This document shows positions 12,390 to 24,002 of a DNA stretch of 64,000 nucleotides, piece after piece. The stretch spans positions 18,861,860 to 18,925,859 of the forward strand of contig NC_057750.1 of NCBI RefSeq assembly GCF_004010195.1, written 5' to 3'. The notes under the pieces are model-generated. The model had not been told where the DNA came from, made no database searches, and was given only the letters and a program-made list of their open reading frames with translations. Position 1 is the stretch's first letter. Each line of letters begins with the position of its first letter. The position numbers and the translations under genes are program-made. Source of the stretch: Chiloscyllium plagiosum (taxonomy: Eukaryota).

Positions 12390-14640
12390 AAATTATAAGA
12401 AACTAAATTATAAGAATGTGGAAGCTATGGTTCAAGAAAAATCTAATTATAAATCAGAATTTCCACAGGCATTTAAAAATGAAACTTAAAAATAAAATGA
12501 GCAGTGTTTCTCTGTGGAATGAATCTAAAGAATCTAATGAAGTAGAATGTAAAAAAATGGCAGATGAATTAAATTGATTTTTTACATAAGCCTTCATTTT
12601 AGAGGGCACTAATTGCACGTCAGAAATATTCACAGATCGGGGCGTGAAAGGGCGTGATGAACTTGGAGCAACTGCAATCACGGAAGATATATTGAGAGAA
12701 AAATATCTGAACTAAAAATTTACAGATCTAGAATTCACCCTCAAATCTTTAAAAATAGTGGTTGCTGACACATTCGATACATTTGGCTTTATTCTTACAA
12801 AATTTCCGATGTTCCGAATTAGAACATGGGATTGGATAAGGCAAGGCCACTCTTCTGCATAAGGAAGGCAGAGAGCAGGAAGATATGGGCCAGATAGCTT
12901 GACATCACACTGAAACCTATTACTAAGGAGATCATAACAGAGGACTTAAAATAGCTCCACGGCTATCAGGCAAAATTAAGATAGTTCTGTAATAAAGAAG
13001 ATGCGATGAACGAATTTATTGAAGTTCTTTAAGAAGTAACAATCAACATGCATAAAAAGTGATCATAGCTGTGTTTTCGTTGAATATTCATATGACATTT
13101 AATAAGGTGCCACATTAAAAGTTGCTGAATAACCTAAGAACTCTCGATGTAAGTGTTGACCTCAGATGGAGGATCGGTTATCTATCAGAACATGGAGAGG
13201 ATGTATGAAAGAGCCATTTTTGGTTTGGCAACATGAAACGAGTAGAGTCCACAAGAATCATTTCTTAGTCCTCGACTATTTACTTTTATATCAATGATTT
13301 TGTTCATGAGCCAGAATACATAGCGGTAAAATCGGCTGATAACACCGGCACGGTGGCTCAGTGGTTAGCACTGCTGCGTCACAGCATCCGGGTTCGATTG
13401 CAGCCTTGGGCGACTGTCTGTGTGGCTTTTGCACATTCTCCCTGTGTATGTGTGGGTTTTCTCCCGGTGCTCCGGTTTCCTTCTACAATCCAAACGTGAA
13501 TTGGCCATAGTGCTAGGTGCATTAGTCAGATGGCAATGGGTTTGGGTGGGTTATTCTTCAAAGGGTTGGTGTGGACTAGTTGGACCGAGGGACCTGTTTC
13601 CGCACTGTAGGGAATCTAATCTGAATGTGGGTTTTCTCCCGGTGCTCCGGTTTCCTTCCACAATCCAAACGTGAATTGGCCATAGTGCTAGGTGCATTAG
13701 TCAGAGGGCAATGGGTTTGTGTGGGTTACTCTTCAAAGGGTTGGTGTGGACTAGTTGGACTAGAGGGACCTAGTGGACTAGAAGGACCTGTTTCCGCACT
13801 GTAGGGAATCTAATCTGAATGTTAGTTAGGGTAGTAAATTGAGAAGAGGAAATTAGGAGTCTGAAAAGGAAAGTAAGTGAATGCGTAAAAAGTTGTCAGA
13901 TGACGCATAATGTGGGCATATCCACTTTTGTACAAAGTATAGTAACACAGCATGTTAATTGTAATTGAGCGAACTCTGAGGGTACAGGAGAATGTGTGTG
14001 TACTGATGATTCATACCAACTGGTTTGCAACCAGTGATTAAGAATGCAAATGGAAAGGTGTCATTTATTTCATGGAAAATAGAAGCTAAAAATGTTTTGC
14101 TGCAGTCGTACAGAGAGTTGGTGAGACCATATCTGGAATACTAAGTACAGTTCTGTTGCTTCATTTGAGAAAGGACGTAATTGCAAAAACAGTTCAGAAG
14201 TGGATATCCAGTAAAATGGGGGTATCTTATAAGGTACATTTCGACAAATTGATCTTTTATGCATTTGCATTCAGAAGAACGAAGGTGATCTTCTTCATAT
14301 GATTCTGAGGGAATTGACAGGATAGAAGTTAAAATGGATATTTCTCTTGCTTTAGAAACTAAAATTAGGAGCCATAGTTTAACAATAAGGGATCTCCCGT
14401 TTAAAACTAAGACAACATATTTTCTCTGCCAAAACGTTCTGAAACTATTGAATTCTGTTCTGTAGAGAGCAGTGGAAGCAGGATGATTAAATATTTTTAA
14501 GGCAGAGATAGACGGATTCTTGACTAACAAGATACTTAAAGAGCAACGGGGCAGCAGTTAAGTTGAGCTAAGGGACATATTGAAATTAACAATTTTCTTC
14601 CCAATTAGGCGAATAGCCTGCTCCTGCTCCGAGTTGTACT
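12390..14640 (+). mobile_element. Degenerate CR1 LINE with nested SINE
   Basis: Relic RT motifs (FNKVPH-like, VRPYLEY..VQF) with numerous stops. Confidence 0.65.
13346..13820 (+). mobile_element. HE1-like SINE with internal tandem duplication of its 3' half
   Basis: A/B boxes; 13450-13625 is repeated at 13626-13820. Confidence 0.85.
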
Positions 14641-15814
14641 TTTGCTTGAAACTTTGTGATTTGCTGTCGCACATCATGTATGTGGCACACTCCATTCTAT
14701 TGTCTGCTATTGGTGGACATATTGAATGTTTATGATCGTGGATAAGCTACCAAGTTATTGTGGCAGCCTTATCCTGGTTGACAGAAAGCCTCTCAAGAGC
14801 TGTTGTAGCTCGACTCATCCAGGCGAGAGGAGAACTTTCCACCACATTCCCGACTTGTGATTGATAAAGTGGGACTTTCTTTCATGTCAGTTAGTCCAGC
14901 AGAATAGTTGGTTTCCGGCCTGCTCTTTCAGACACAAATTTAAATGGCTCGTCTAATTATGTTTCTGGTCAGTGATGCAGCACACAGTGTTGATGCTGGG
15001 TCATTGGGTGGTAATGCCGTTGAATTTCAAGCACCTTTACTTAGGTCTTTATCCCAGGTCACACAATGCATTTTTACTGGTTAAGAAAAAAGGATTAGAA
15101 AGAAAGTTAAAATGTGCCAATAAATTTGATAAAGAAAAACGATTCTCTGTGATGATACATCTAGACAAGTAGGCAAACATTAACTTAAGTACTAGGGGCT
15201 CTGGGCGTACTATGAGGATTCATTCCTTTGCACACGTTATCGGGTGAGTTATTGGTGTTCAAGACGTGTATATAAAACAAAGGCAGGAAGCTACAGCAAC
15301 GACATGTTTATTTCATGATCAAGTTGAAAAGCAAAGCGGCGTTTATGAACGAATTGATCTTTTTAATGTTGCCTCGAGGCAAAATGACATCTTCCTGTGT
15401 CTAGGTAATAGGATCAAAGTAGGGCTTTCTGCTTTGGTACAACAAAATCAAGGGAGGTTGAAATTGCTTCTACCTATGGTTGTGTAACCAGTATCGTCAG
15501 GGATTATTGGCCTCTGGTATGCTTTTACTGAAGAATTTTGTTTCATAATCCTAGATCGACCTCTGTTGTTCTTTTGCAGAAGTGCATTGCCATTTCAGAA
15601 CATCTTTTTAAAAATAAATTCTCCCTTCATTCGTTTAATTTTACATCCTACTTTGCGTTCTGTCTAATTATCTTTCAAACACATTATTTATTTTTGTTAA
15701 CTTTCTTTCTGTCTTTTTTGTCTCTTGTTATTGTAAAAACTCGCGGACGTTGCAAAATAACCCGAATAGGCGTGGTTTTATTTTTCATAGTGATATGTTT
15801 CCTGCGGCCTTTGG

Positions 15815-15853
15815 AGTTCTTGTTCAGCTGCTTTATCTCTTTGAGTCATTGTG
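15815..15853 (-). other. 23-RSS of V4 (variant)
   Basis: CACAATG, 23 nt, ACAAGAACT; CAC is retained. Confidence 0.88.
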
Positions 15854-16353
15854 AAGACTCCAGGCGCAATAATACATGGCTGAGTGATTGGCTTGGAGCC
15901 TGGACGTCTTCAGGTTGAACATGGACCCTGTCATTCGCTCGGCAATGAAACCGTCCACTGTCTCCATTGGATCCACAGCACCGGTGGTAACGGAGTAAAA
16001 CAGCAACTGCAGTTCTTTCCCCGGGAATTGTCTGTACCAGTACATTGCTTTTGCACTGCTGCCATCCAGGACGCACGTCAGTTGTACTCCCTCTCCGGGG
16101 GATTTCGAGATGGCGGCAGGTGATTGGCGGAGAGTTTGTGAGTTCATGTCTGGAAAAACTACAGGGAGTGGAGGCGATCAGTAACATTGGAGGCAGTGGA
16201 AGTAAAGAAATGACAATTGGGAGAAAAGAAAGACAAGGAATCAAGAGTGAAAGAAAGAGAGAGGTAAATAAAGAGAGAGAGAAAGAAAGGCAGAAAAGTT
16301 GAACAAAAATTCTTACAGCGAAACATGATCATCAGACCCAGTAATAAGTGCAT
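15854..16353 (-). CDS. TRBV: TCR beta V gene segment (V4), TRBV30-like, intact ORF with variant RSS
   Basis: Leader 16353-16317 (MHLLLGLMIMFR, GTAAGA). V exon 16149-15854: SQTLRQSPAAISKSPGEGVQLTC...WYRQFPGKELQLLFYS...YYCAWSL. Confidence 0.92.
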
Positions 16354-17191
16354 CTTTAGCTTGATCTTTCCCTCAGAACGGTAGGATTGTGAACTGGAAT
16401 CTGGGGTGTTGCGAGAAATCAACCGGCTGGATCCAAAGCTTAGAAGAAAATATAAAGTGCCGGGGGTCACAGACCTTACTCTCTCTCTGATTGGCTGAAC
16501 ATGAAGACTGCTGGGAACAGAGGGAAGGGACTGTCGGAGATGAACTGAAAAGGCAGATGCAGTGGTTTACCGGTAACACAGTGTCGGCACAGACTAAATC
16601 AACACAGAAAGTGATGGAGAAACTCGACAGATCTGGCAGCATTTATGGAGCGAGAAACGGGATTAACGTTTCCAGTTCAATGAGTCTGCTTCAGAAAGTT
16701 TTTCAAAATGTTGGGAGGAAGAATCATTTAACTCGAAATTAACCCTGCTTATCTCTCCACGTTGCTGATAGACTTGCTGAGTTTCTCCAACAATTTCCAT
16801 TTTTAAAAAAATGTTTCAACTCTCCAGCAAGCGTAGTATTTTCCCTTTAAGTAGAGCATTTAAACAAATCTGGCTTACATTCTTTTGAATTCAGAAGATC
16901 GAGGGCTGATCTAATTGAACTGTGTATGTTGTAAAATACTTTCCAGATGATGGTATCACAAGTTTGTGTTCTGAGGACAGAATGGAAGAACTGCACTGCA
17001 TTCACTGTTCTTCAAAAGATTTGAAAGGAATCTCAGTAAAATGTATAATCGTTTGGGACAGCCAGGATACTGCGACGTTCTCCCCCTGTTTTACGGATAT
17101 GGGAATCTAGAATGAGAGCCGCTATCTCTGAATACAACTCAAATCATTTCTCACTAAGGCGGGCATTAATTTCTTCACTCAGAGAATGGTG

Positions 17192-17691
17192 NNNNNNNNN
17201 NNNNNNNNNNNNNNNNNNNNNNNNNNNNNNNNNNNNNNNNNNNNNNNNNNNNNNNNNNNNNNNNNNNNNNNNNNNNNNNNNNNNNNNNNNNNNNNNNNNN
17301 NNNNNNNNNNNNNNNNNNNNNNNNNNNNNNNNNNNNNNNNNNNNNNNNNNNNNNNNNNNNNNNNNNNNNNNNNNNNNNNNNNNNNNNNNNNNNNNNNNNN
17401 NNNNNNNNNNNNNNNNNNNNNNNNNNNNNNNNNNNNNNNNNNNNNNNNNNNNNNNNNNNNNNNNNNNNNNNNNNNNNNNNNNNNNNNNNNNNNNNNNNNN
17501 NNNNNNNNNNNNNNNNNNNNNNNNNNNNNNNNNNNNNNNNNNNNNNNNNNNNNNNNNNNNNNNNNNNNNNNNNNNNNNNNNNNNNNNNNNNNNNNNNNNN
17601 NNNNNNNNNNNNNNNNNNNNNNNNNNNNNNNNNNNNNNNNNNNNNNNNNNNNNNNNNNNNNNNNNNNNNNNNNNNNNNNNNNNNNNNNNNN
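17192..17691. other. Assembly gap (500 N)
   Basis: N run. Confidence 1.
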
Positions 17692-17704
17692 GATTTTGAG
17701 TTTC

Positions 17705-17937
17705 ATAGTATTCCTCCAGTGTAGAAACAGTCCATTCAGTCTATCAAGTCCACATCAATCCTGCAAAGAGCTTCCAACTCGCCTACCTTTGGACTGTGGG
17801 AGGAAACCAGAGCACCCAGAGAGCACCCATGCCAACGCAGGGAGAAAGGGCAAGTGCCACACAGACAGCTGGAATTGAGCCCGTGTTCCTGGTGCTGTAA
17901 AGCATCAGTCCTAAGCACTGAGCCACTGTGCCACCTC
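17705..17937 (-). mobile_element. HE1-like SINE
   Basis: Reverse A/B boxes and V-core. Confidence 0.75.
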
Positions 17938-19408
17938 AGTTTGAGCTTGTCCGAATTCAATAATTATATTGCCAGTAATTTGTCTGAGACAACTGTACAA
18001 ACTGATCATAGACTTGCAATTTTGGAAAAGATGAGGAATGAAAAAAACGCCAACTGTATCTAATGAAGTTTATTATTGCAGTCATTCAATTTGAAACTTA
18101 CACACATAGCAGGAAGATAGAACATGACTGACAATGCATTGTCGTGACTTAGAAAGAGGACAGAGGCATTTGCAGGCAGGAAAAATGGACTGAAATGTAC
18201 TGTAGTCCTGTATCTTTGAAGTATTAGAGTCAATATAATATATTGTAGTTTACTCATAACATAAAGCTAAGGATGACGAAAAATAAATTCATCTTTGTGT
18301 ATTGTTGGTTCATTTTTAAGGGGGATCTGTGGTGATGCATCTTGTCTTGCTTTTCCATGAAGAAGGTTGAGACAGAGGTGCAGACCGATCTGCTCAAAGT
18401 AAACAGCTAGTAAGGCCTTGGACCTTTTCTTTAAATTAGTGTTGGCTCAAAAGGAGCAATCTAGGTGGATAGGATCAAGCTCCCATAGAGCCATGACTTT
18501 AACATTTAACTTTTGGCATTTGCTGGGATCTTAACTGTGGAAGCTCTTTTTTTCTCTCTGCTACAGTAAAAAGCTGGGGTTCTGTTCCTGCTGCTAGAAT
18601 TACATATCAGGCAATGTGTTTTACTAAATTTGCCTTTGCCAAGAGTATGTAGGTGGGATGTTACTACATTGGAATAGTTCATTAGTAATAGTTAATATAT
18701 ATTGATTAGTTAAGCATTTCGATGAAGTTACAGTCAAGGCAATTCTTTTCTTTATATTTTGTCTGTACTTCAATTGCTACAAAATACTGTGTTTTGCTTA
18801 AAATGGAGTCGTTTGACCAATCACATTGTATCAGAAAGCAACGCCTTAACTCTAAATTAAGGAAAGGTTATTGTCTCGACTAGCTTCTTAATATATTTTG
18901 AGGGGGATGATCACGTCCATAAGCGGGGAATCTCATAGAAATCTACAAAATAGCAACTGAACTTGGCATGGCTAAACGCAGGAAGTACGTTTCCGATGAC
19001 CAGGAGGTCCAGAACCAGACGTCACAGTTAATGATACAGGGTAGGCCTTTTATGACCGACAACGAAGGAAAATTTCTTCACCCAGAACATAATGAAGCAG
19101 AGAAATGTTGAGATAAAAAAAACTCGCATTTCTTTCAGGAAGGACTTAGACACAGCAAAATGTTCGTCAATGTCGTTCAGTTCTTTTCAATAGTAAAAAT
19201 CCCTCCGCTCTGGTATCATTGCTGTGACGTCATTGATTTTAAAGATCTTCGACTGTACATTTGACTTGTCGCTCGAAATGGGGAGGGCTGAGAGATGGGG
19301 CTGAGGGCTGTCCTCAACAGGACGAAAGTATCAGCGATGTCGTTGACAGCTGCTTCCTGCTGCCTTTGGGGGTTTTGTTGAGCTGCTCCTTCTCTCTGAG
19401 TCACTATG

Positions 19409-20041
19409 AATACTCCAGGCGCAGTAATAAACAAGGTAAAAACAATGACTGCAGATGCTGGAAACCGGATTCTGGATCAGTGGTGCTGGAAGAGCACAGC
19501 AATTCAGGCGTCATCCGAGGACAGGCAAAATCGACGTTTCGGGCCAAAGCCCTTCATCGGATGCTGCTTGAATTGCTGTGCTCTTCCAGCACCATTGATC
19601 CAGAATCGCGTAATAAACAGCCGAGTGATGAGCCTGCAGGTTGCGAGACTCCAGGTTAAAGTCAGAGCCACTCGGTCGTGTGGCGGTGAAACCGTCCTCC
19701 GCTCCTTCTTCATTCACATTTCCAGCAGCTGCAGAATAAAACATCAGCTGCAGCTCCTTTCCCGGGTATTGTCTGTACCAGAACATGTTACCGCTACTCT
19801 CACCCTTCACCGTGCACCTCAACTCCACTGCCTTACCGAGGGGCCTGGAGACGCTGCTGGGAGTCTGATCAACTCTTACTGTCTTCACGTCTGAGAAAAG
19901 GAAAAGGTCAGTAAATAAGACAATTGTTAGCGAGAAGGAGACAGGAAAAGAATAAAGCGTAAATGATAGTTGTTCTTTCAAATTATTGGTAAACAATCAC
20001 TTGCATTGCAGTAACGTCATGAAGCTCAGTAAGAGATACAT
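19409..20041 (-). pseudogene. TRBV: TCR beta V pseudogene (V5) disrupted by a 176-bp palindromic insertion in the YYC motif
   Basis: Leader 20041-20005 with GC donor (paralogs have GT). V exon from 19890 reads VKTVRVDQTPSSVSRPLGKAVELRC...HSAVYY, then runs into the insert; CAWSI resumes beyond it. RSS CATAGTG-23-ACAAAACCC (19408-19370). Confidence 0.92.
19434..19609. mobile_element. Palindromic Penelope-like-element-derived mini-insertion with 10-bp TSD
   Basis: TSD GTAATAAACA at 19424-19433 and 19610-19619. Inverted arms GATTCTGGATCAGTGGTGCTGGAAGAGCACAGCAATTCA / TGAATTGCTGTGCTCTTCCAGCACCATTGATCCAGAATC. Absent from paralogs V9/V10. Confidence 0.85.
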
Positions 20042-21934
20042 CTTTTTACTTTAAGCTTTTCCTGTGTGAACGCGGACAGAGTCCAATCTTGTTTGGTACT
20101 GCAATCAGCTGCTTTCAAATCAATGAGACAAACCTGGCGGGTCCAGGAAATGACTTGAGTGTGCACATGCCCCTCCTCCTCGACTGAAAGCCCCATCTCT
20201 CTCTCTCTCTCTTTCTTGTTGCAAGTGGTGCGGCGGTGAACAGGAGGTTTCCAAAGAAGAGACAGTGAACAAAACACTGGCAGGTCCAGCTCAAATGGGA
20301 TTCCGTTTCTTTGTGGGATTCGTGAACACAGTTGCCTGGTGTTGGCAGTCGACAATTTGTAGCAATTACTGATATTTTGTTGCATTTGTAAAGAAGGAGC
20401 AGTTCCACTAGATTAAGAATGTATCCGACTGTGACAGATGAGAACACTTCACTGATCCCGAAACACTTTTGTAGAGTGGAAGAGCCTGAGCAGCGGTTTT
20501 GGATAGTACCAGAAGCCTTGGGGATAGCCTTTGCTGATAAAAGAATTGTTTGACCCTCGGGCTGATGTAGGCTAACTCCTTGATTTCTCCCAACTATTAG
20601 AGGGGTCTCATTTCACTGGACCCTTTCATTTTTCTCAGCGATTTCTTCATTCAGTGAACTTGTGGAATTCTCCACTACGGAAGGCTGTGGACGCCTAGTC
20701 ACTGAGTATATTCAAGAAAGAGATAGTCTATTTTTAATTGCAAAGACGTCAGAGGTTTGGGGGAATAAGCATGAATTTGGTATTGAAACAGAGGATCAGC
20801 CATGATCATATTGAATGACAGATTAGGCTCGAAGATGTGAATCATCTGCTTCCGGTGATGATCTTTCTATGTTAAATGGTTAAAGTTGAAACAAATTTCC
20901 TAACTCTCCCATTGTTACGGAAGTTAAGAAATTAACTGACTTGTGGAATTTAAGGAGGATTTATTCGCCTTCCCTGAGAGTTCCTTTTTTTCGCTCAGTC
21001 AAGATATCTGGCATTCACTCTCTCCCCAAAGCGCGGTCAGTGGTGCTGGCCAGTTATATTTTAATCGAGTCAGTGTGTACACGAATGGTTACTGGAAGTG
21101 AATGGACTGAATTTATGCATTGCTCTACTCTGGTCTATTTGACTGGCAGCGCAAGCTTGAGGGGCAATTTGGTCTCTGTTTCCGAACTAGCCCTGTGTAC
21201 ATTTCATGGTGCTGAAGCGCTCTCCATTGCACCAATAAAAAATAATTTATAACCATCCTGGAGTCTTTACACTGCTCTCTTCCAATTCCCATTAATTCCC
21301 CGTCCATTTTCTATGAATTGCTTATTTTCAGTGCATTGTTCGAAATCCATTCTGTTTATCTGCAAATTGCACATTATTACATTCTTGGCAAAAAAAAGTT
21401 TCTCCTGACTTTCCTTTCAGATTTACTGTTAGAGACTATCGTGACCTTGAGTTTAGAAATTCCGCAGAGCCTGAACTATTGAACCCACTTTTCAATAGCT
21501 TCCTGCTTTTAAATTGATACGAACCTGTTCAAACTTTTTGGTGGTTGAGATCATTATCTTTATTCAATTTCACATTCACCCTCAACACTATCGCACTACT
21601 AAGAAGGATGTAGAAACTTTGTGAGGTTGCAGAAATCAATTGTTAGAACATTGCCGAGTTTGAAGGGCGTTATAATGTCGGAGAATGAAGGGCGATCCGA
21701 TAGAAGTTTACAAAATTGATCTTAATGAGAATGGACAGTCGATTCTTTTTTTCTCTGGGTAGAAATGTTATTTACTTAGGGCCATAAGTTTAAGGCAAAA
21801 GGAGAAAGTTTTAAGGAAATGTGAGATGCAAACATTTAAAAAAAACATCAGGATGGTAAGTGCTGGAATGCGCTATTACAGAAGGTTCTGGAGGCGGATG
21901 CAATAGCAATGTTTATCTTGACGTATACACGAAC

Positions 21935-22392
21935 ATTGAATTGAATCGAATTTATTGTCACGTGTATCCAGGCACAGTGAGAAGCTTTACCTTGCGAACA
22001 ATACAGGCAGATCACACCGTTAATTAGCATAGATAAGTAAATAATAGGTAAACAGCGACAAGACAAAAACACAGTTAAGACGAATGCTTAGAGTCTGTGA
22101 GTCCATTCAGTATTATAAGAATTGTAGGGTAGAAACTGTTTCGAAACCGATTGGTGCGTGTGTTCAAGCTTCTGCACCTTCTCCTCGATGTTAGAGGTTG
22201 TAGAAAAACATTGCCAGGGTGGGATGGATCTTTGAGAATGCTGGCGGCCTTTCCTTGATAGCAGGCCTGGTAGATGGATTCTATGGATGGGAGGTTGGTC
22301 TTTGTGCTTGTCCGCCGAGTTCACCAGTCTCTGTCAACGTCTCCGATCTTGAATAGTACAGTTGCTATACTGGGCAGTGATACATCCAGATA
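21935..22392 (-). mobile_element. Rex1/Babar-like LINE 3' fragment
   Basis: LPSIESIYQAC..KAASILKDPSHPGNVF..RSLNTRTNRFRNSFYP C-terminal motif; (ATTCA)n-like tail; absent at the paralogous site ~56350. Confidence 0.65.
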
Positions 22393-22629
22393 GAATAGGC
22401 AGGGAATAGAGGGATACAGACAGCATAGATGTTTCTAGTTTAGAAAGGCGTCGTGTGTCGGGACAGAGTTGAAGGATCAGTTCCTATGCAACATGTTTTG
22501 TTCTAACAATATCTCAATACGTGATTGCTTTCTATCCCTTGTCGTGTTGCCCACGATTTTCGAAAGAAAAGGAAAAAAATGTAAACCCCTCAGGTTTTGA
22601 CGATAACGTTGCTCCCTGTCACCGTTTGA

Positions 22630-22668
22630 GGTTTTTGTTAAACTGCTTCCTCTCGCTGAGTCACTGTG
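22630..22668 (-). other. 23-RSS of V6 (canonical)
   Basis: CACAGTG, 23 nt, ACAAAAACC. Confidence 0.95.
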
Positions 22669-23158
22669 AAGACTCCAGGCGCAGTAATACACGGCTGAGT
22701 GATTCGCTTGGAGGTTGGAGGACTTCAGGCTGAACTTGGTGTTACTCGGTCTGTCAGCGGTGAAACCGTCCACCGGATCCTGTGGATTCACGTACTGTGC
22801 TGTATTGGAGTAAAACATCAGCTGAAGCTCTTTTCCCGGGAACTGTTTGTACCAGTACAAGTTGGGAATACTACTGCTGCTGCCCTCCACATTGCACTCC
22901 AGTTTCACCCCCTCTCCGGGAAATTTGGAGACGGCGGCGGGGTTCTGCTCGATAGTCTGTGATTTCACATCTGAGGAAAAGACGGAGAGAGGAATAAGTT
23001 AGTAAAAGGGGCGGGGTGGGGCAAGGAATACAGAGAAATAGAACGAGAGCAGGAGTAAAGGATAGCCAGTTGAAAGAAAGTTGGATGTTAAAATATGATC
23101 GCAAATTAGGAAGTTCCTTACCGTAAAACACGACGAACAGAGAAAGCAACAGATACAT
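22669..23158 (-). CDS. TRBV: TCR beta V gene segment (V6), TRBV30-like, apparently functional
   Basis: Leader 23158-23122 (MYLLLSLFVVFY, GTAAGG). V exon 22970-22669: SQTIEQNPAAVSKFPGEGVKLECNVEGSSSSIPNLYWYKQ...YYCAWSL. Canonical RSS. Confidence 0.93.
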
Positions 23159-24002
23159 CTTCCACTTCAAGATTCCCTTTTTTCGCAATCTTTATTGTCG
23201 GTGAGACAACATTGAAAATACAATGCATCCCTTCTCCCTCTTCCCTCTGCCTGTGAGCTTTGCCCTTCCCCTTTATTCACATTGATAGCCCCGCCATGTG
23301 TTAAGAGCCTCTCAGCCTCTCCTTCCCTGATTGGATGATAGGGAACTACCGAAAGTACAAAGTTATCAACACAGCTTGAGGATTGAAGTGGCGGGGGAGG
23401 GGGGGCGGGGGGGCACTGCTCAAGTTCACGTAAACCATAACGAAAGGCCATATGGACAGGACTCAGCAATAGGTAGGGTGCAATCACTTTGATGGGGTTG
23501 TACTGTCAATAGCCAACTGGCGATAGACAAACAGATACGTAGTCAGATTATGGAAAGAAATAACAACAGGATTGCTGTGATGGGTGATTTTAGTTTTTAT
23601 ATTGACTGAGATTCGCTTAGTGCCAGGGGCTTGAATGGAAAAGAATTTGTTCGGTATATCCAGAAAAGTTTATTTGAAACAATATATAAATAGTTCAACA
23701 ACGGGAGGAACATGCTAGATCTGGTATTGGAGAATGAGCCCGGCACGTGATTGAAATTTCAATGGAAGAACATTTTGGGAACAGTAACCCTCATTCTGTA
23801 AGTTTTAAGTGGATAAGGATAACATTAGTCCTCTTGTGAAAAAAAGCTAAATTCTGAGAAGGCTAATTACCACAATATTAGGCTGGAACTGAGGGCAGCT
23901 GTTTAAATTTAAATCTAGCAAGTGGAATTTTTTTCACAGACCAGTTGAAGAGAGTACAGGTCAGGTTGGTTCTGATGGATGATCAGATTCGGGAATCTTG
24001 GG

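Noticed and set aside
17112-17878. Long ORFs of 146-230 aa in the ORF track (also 43913-44514)
   Set aside because: Artefacts of translating N gaps.
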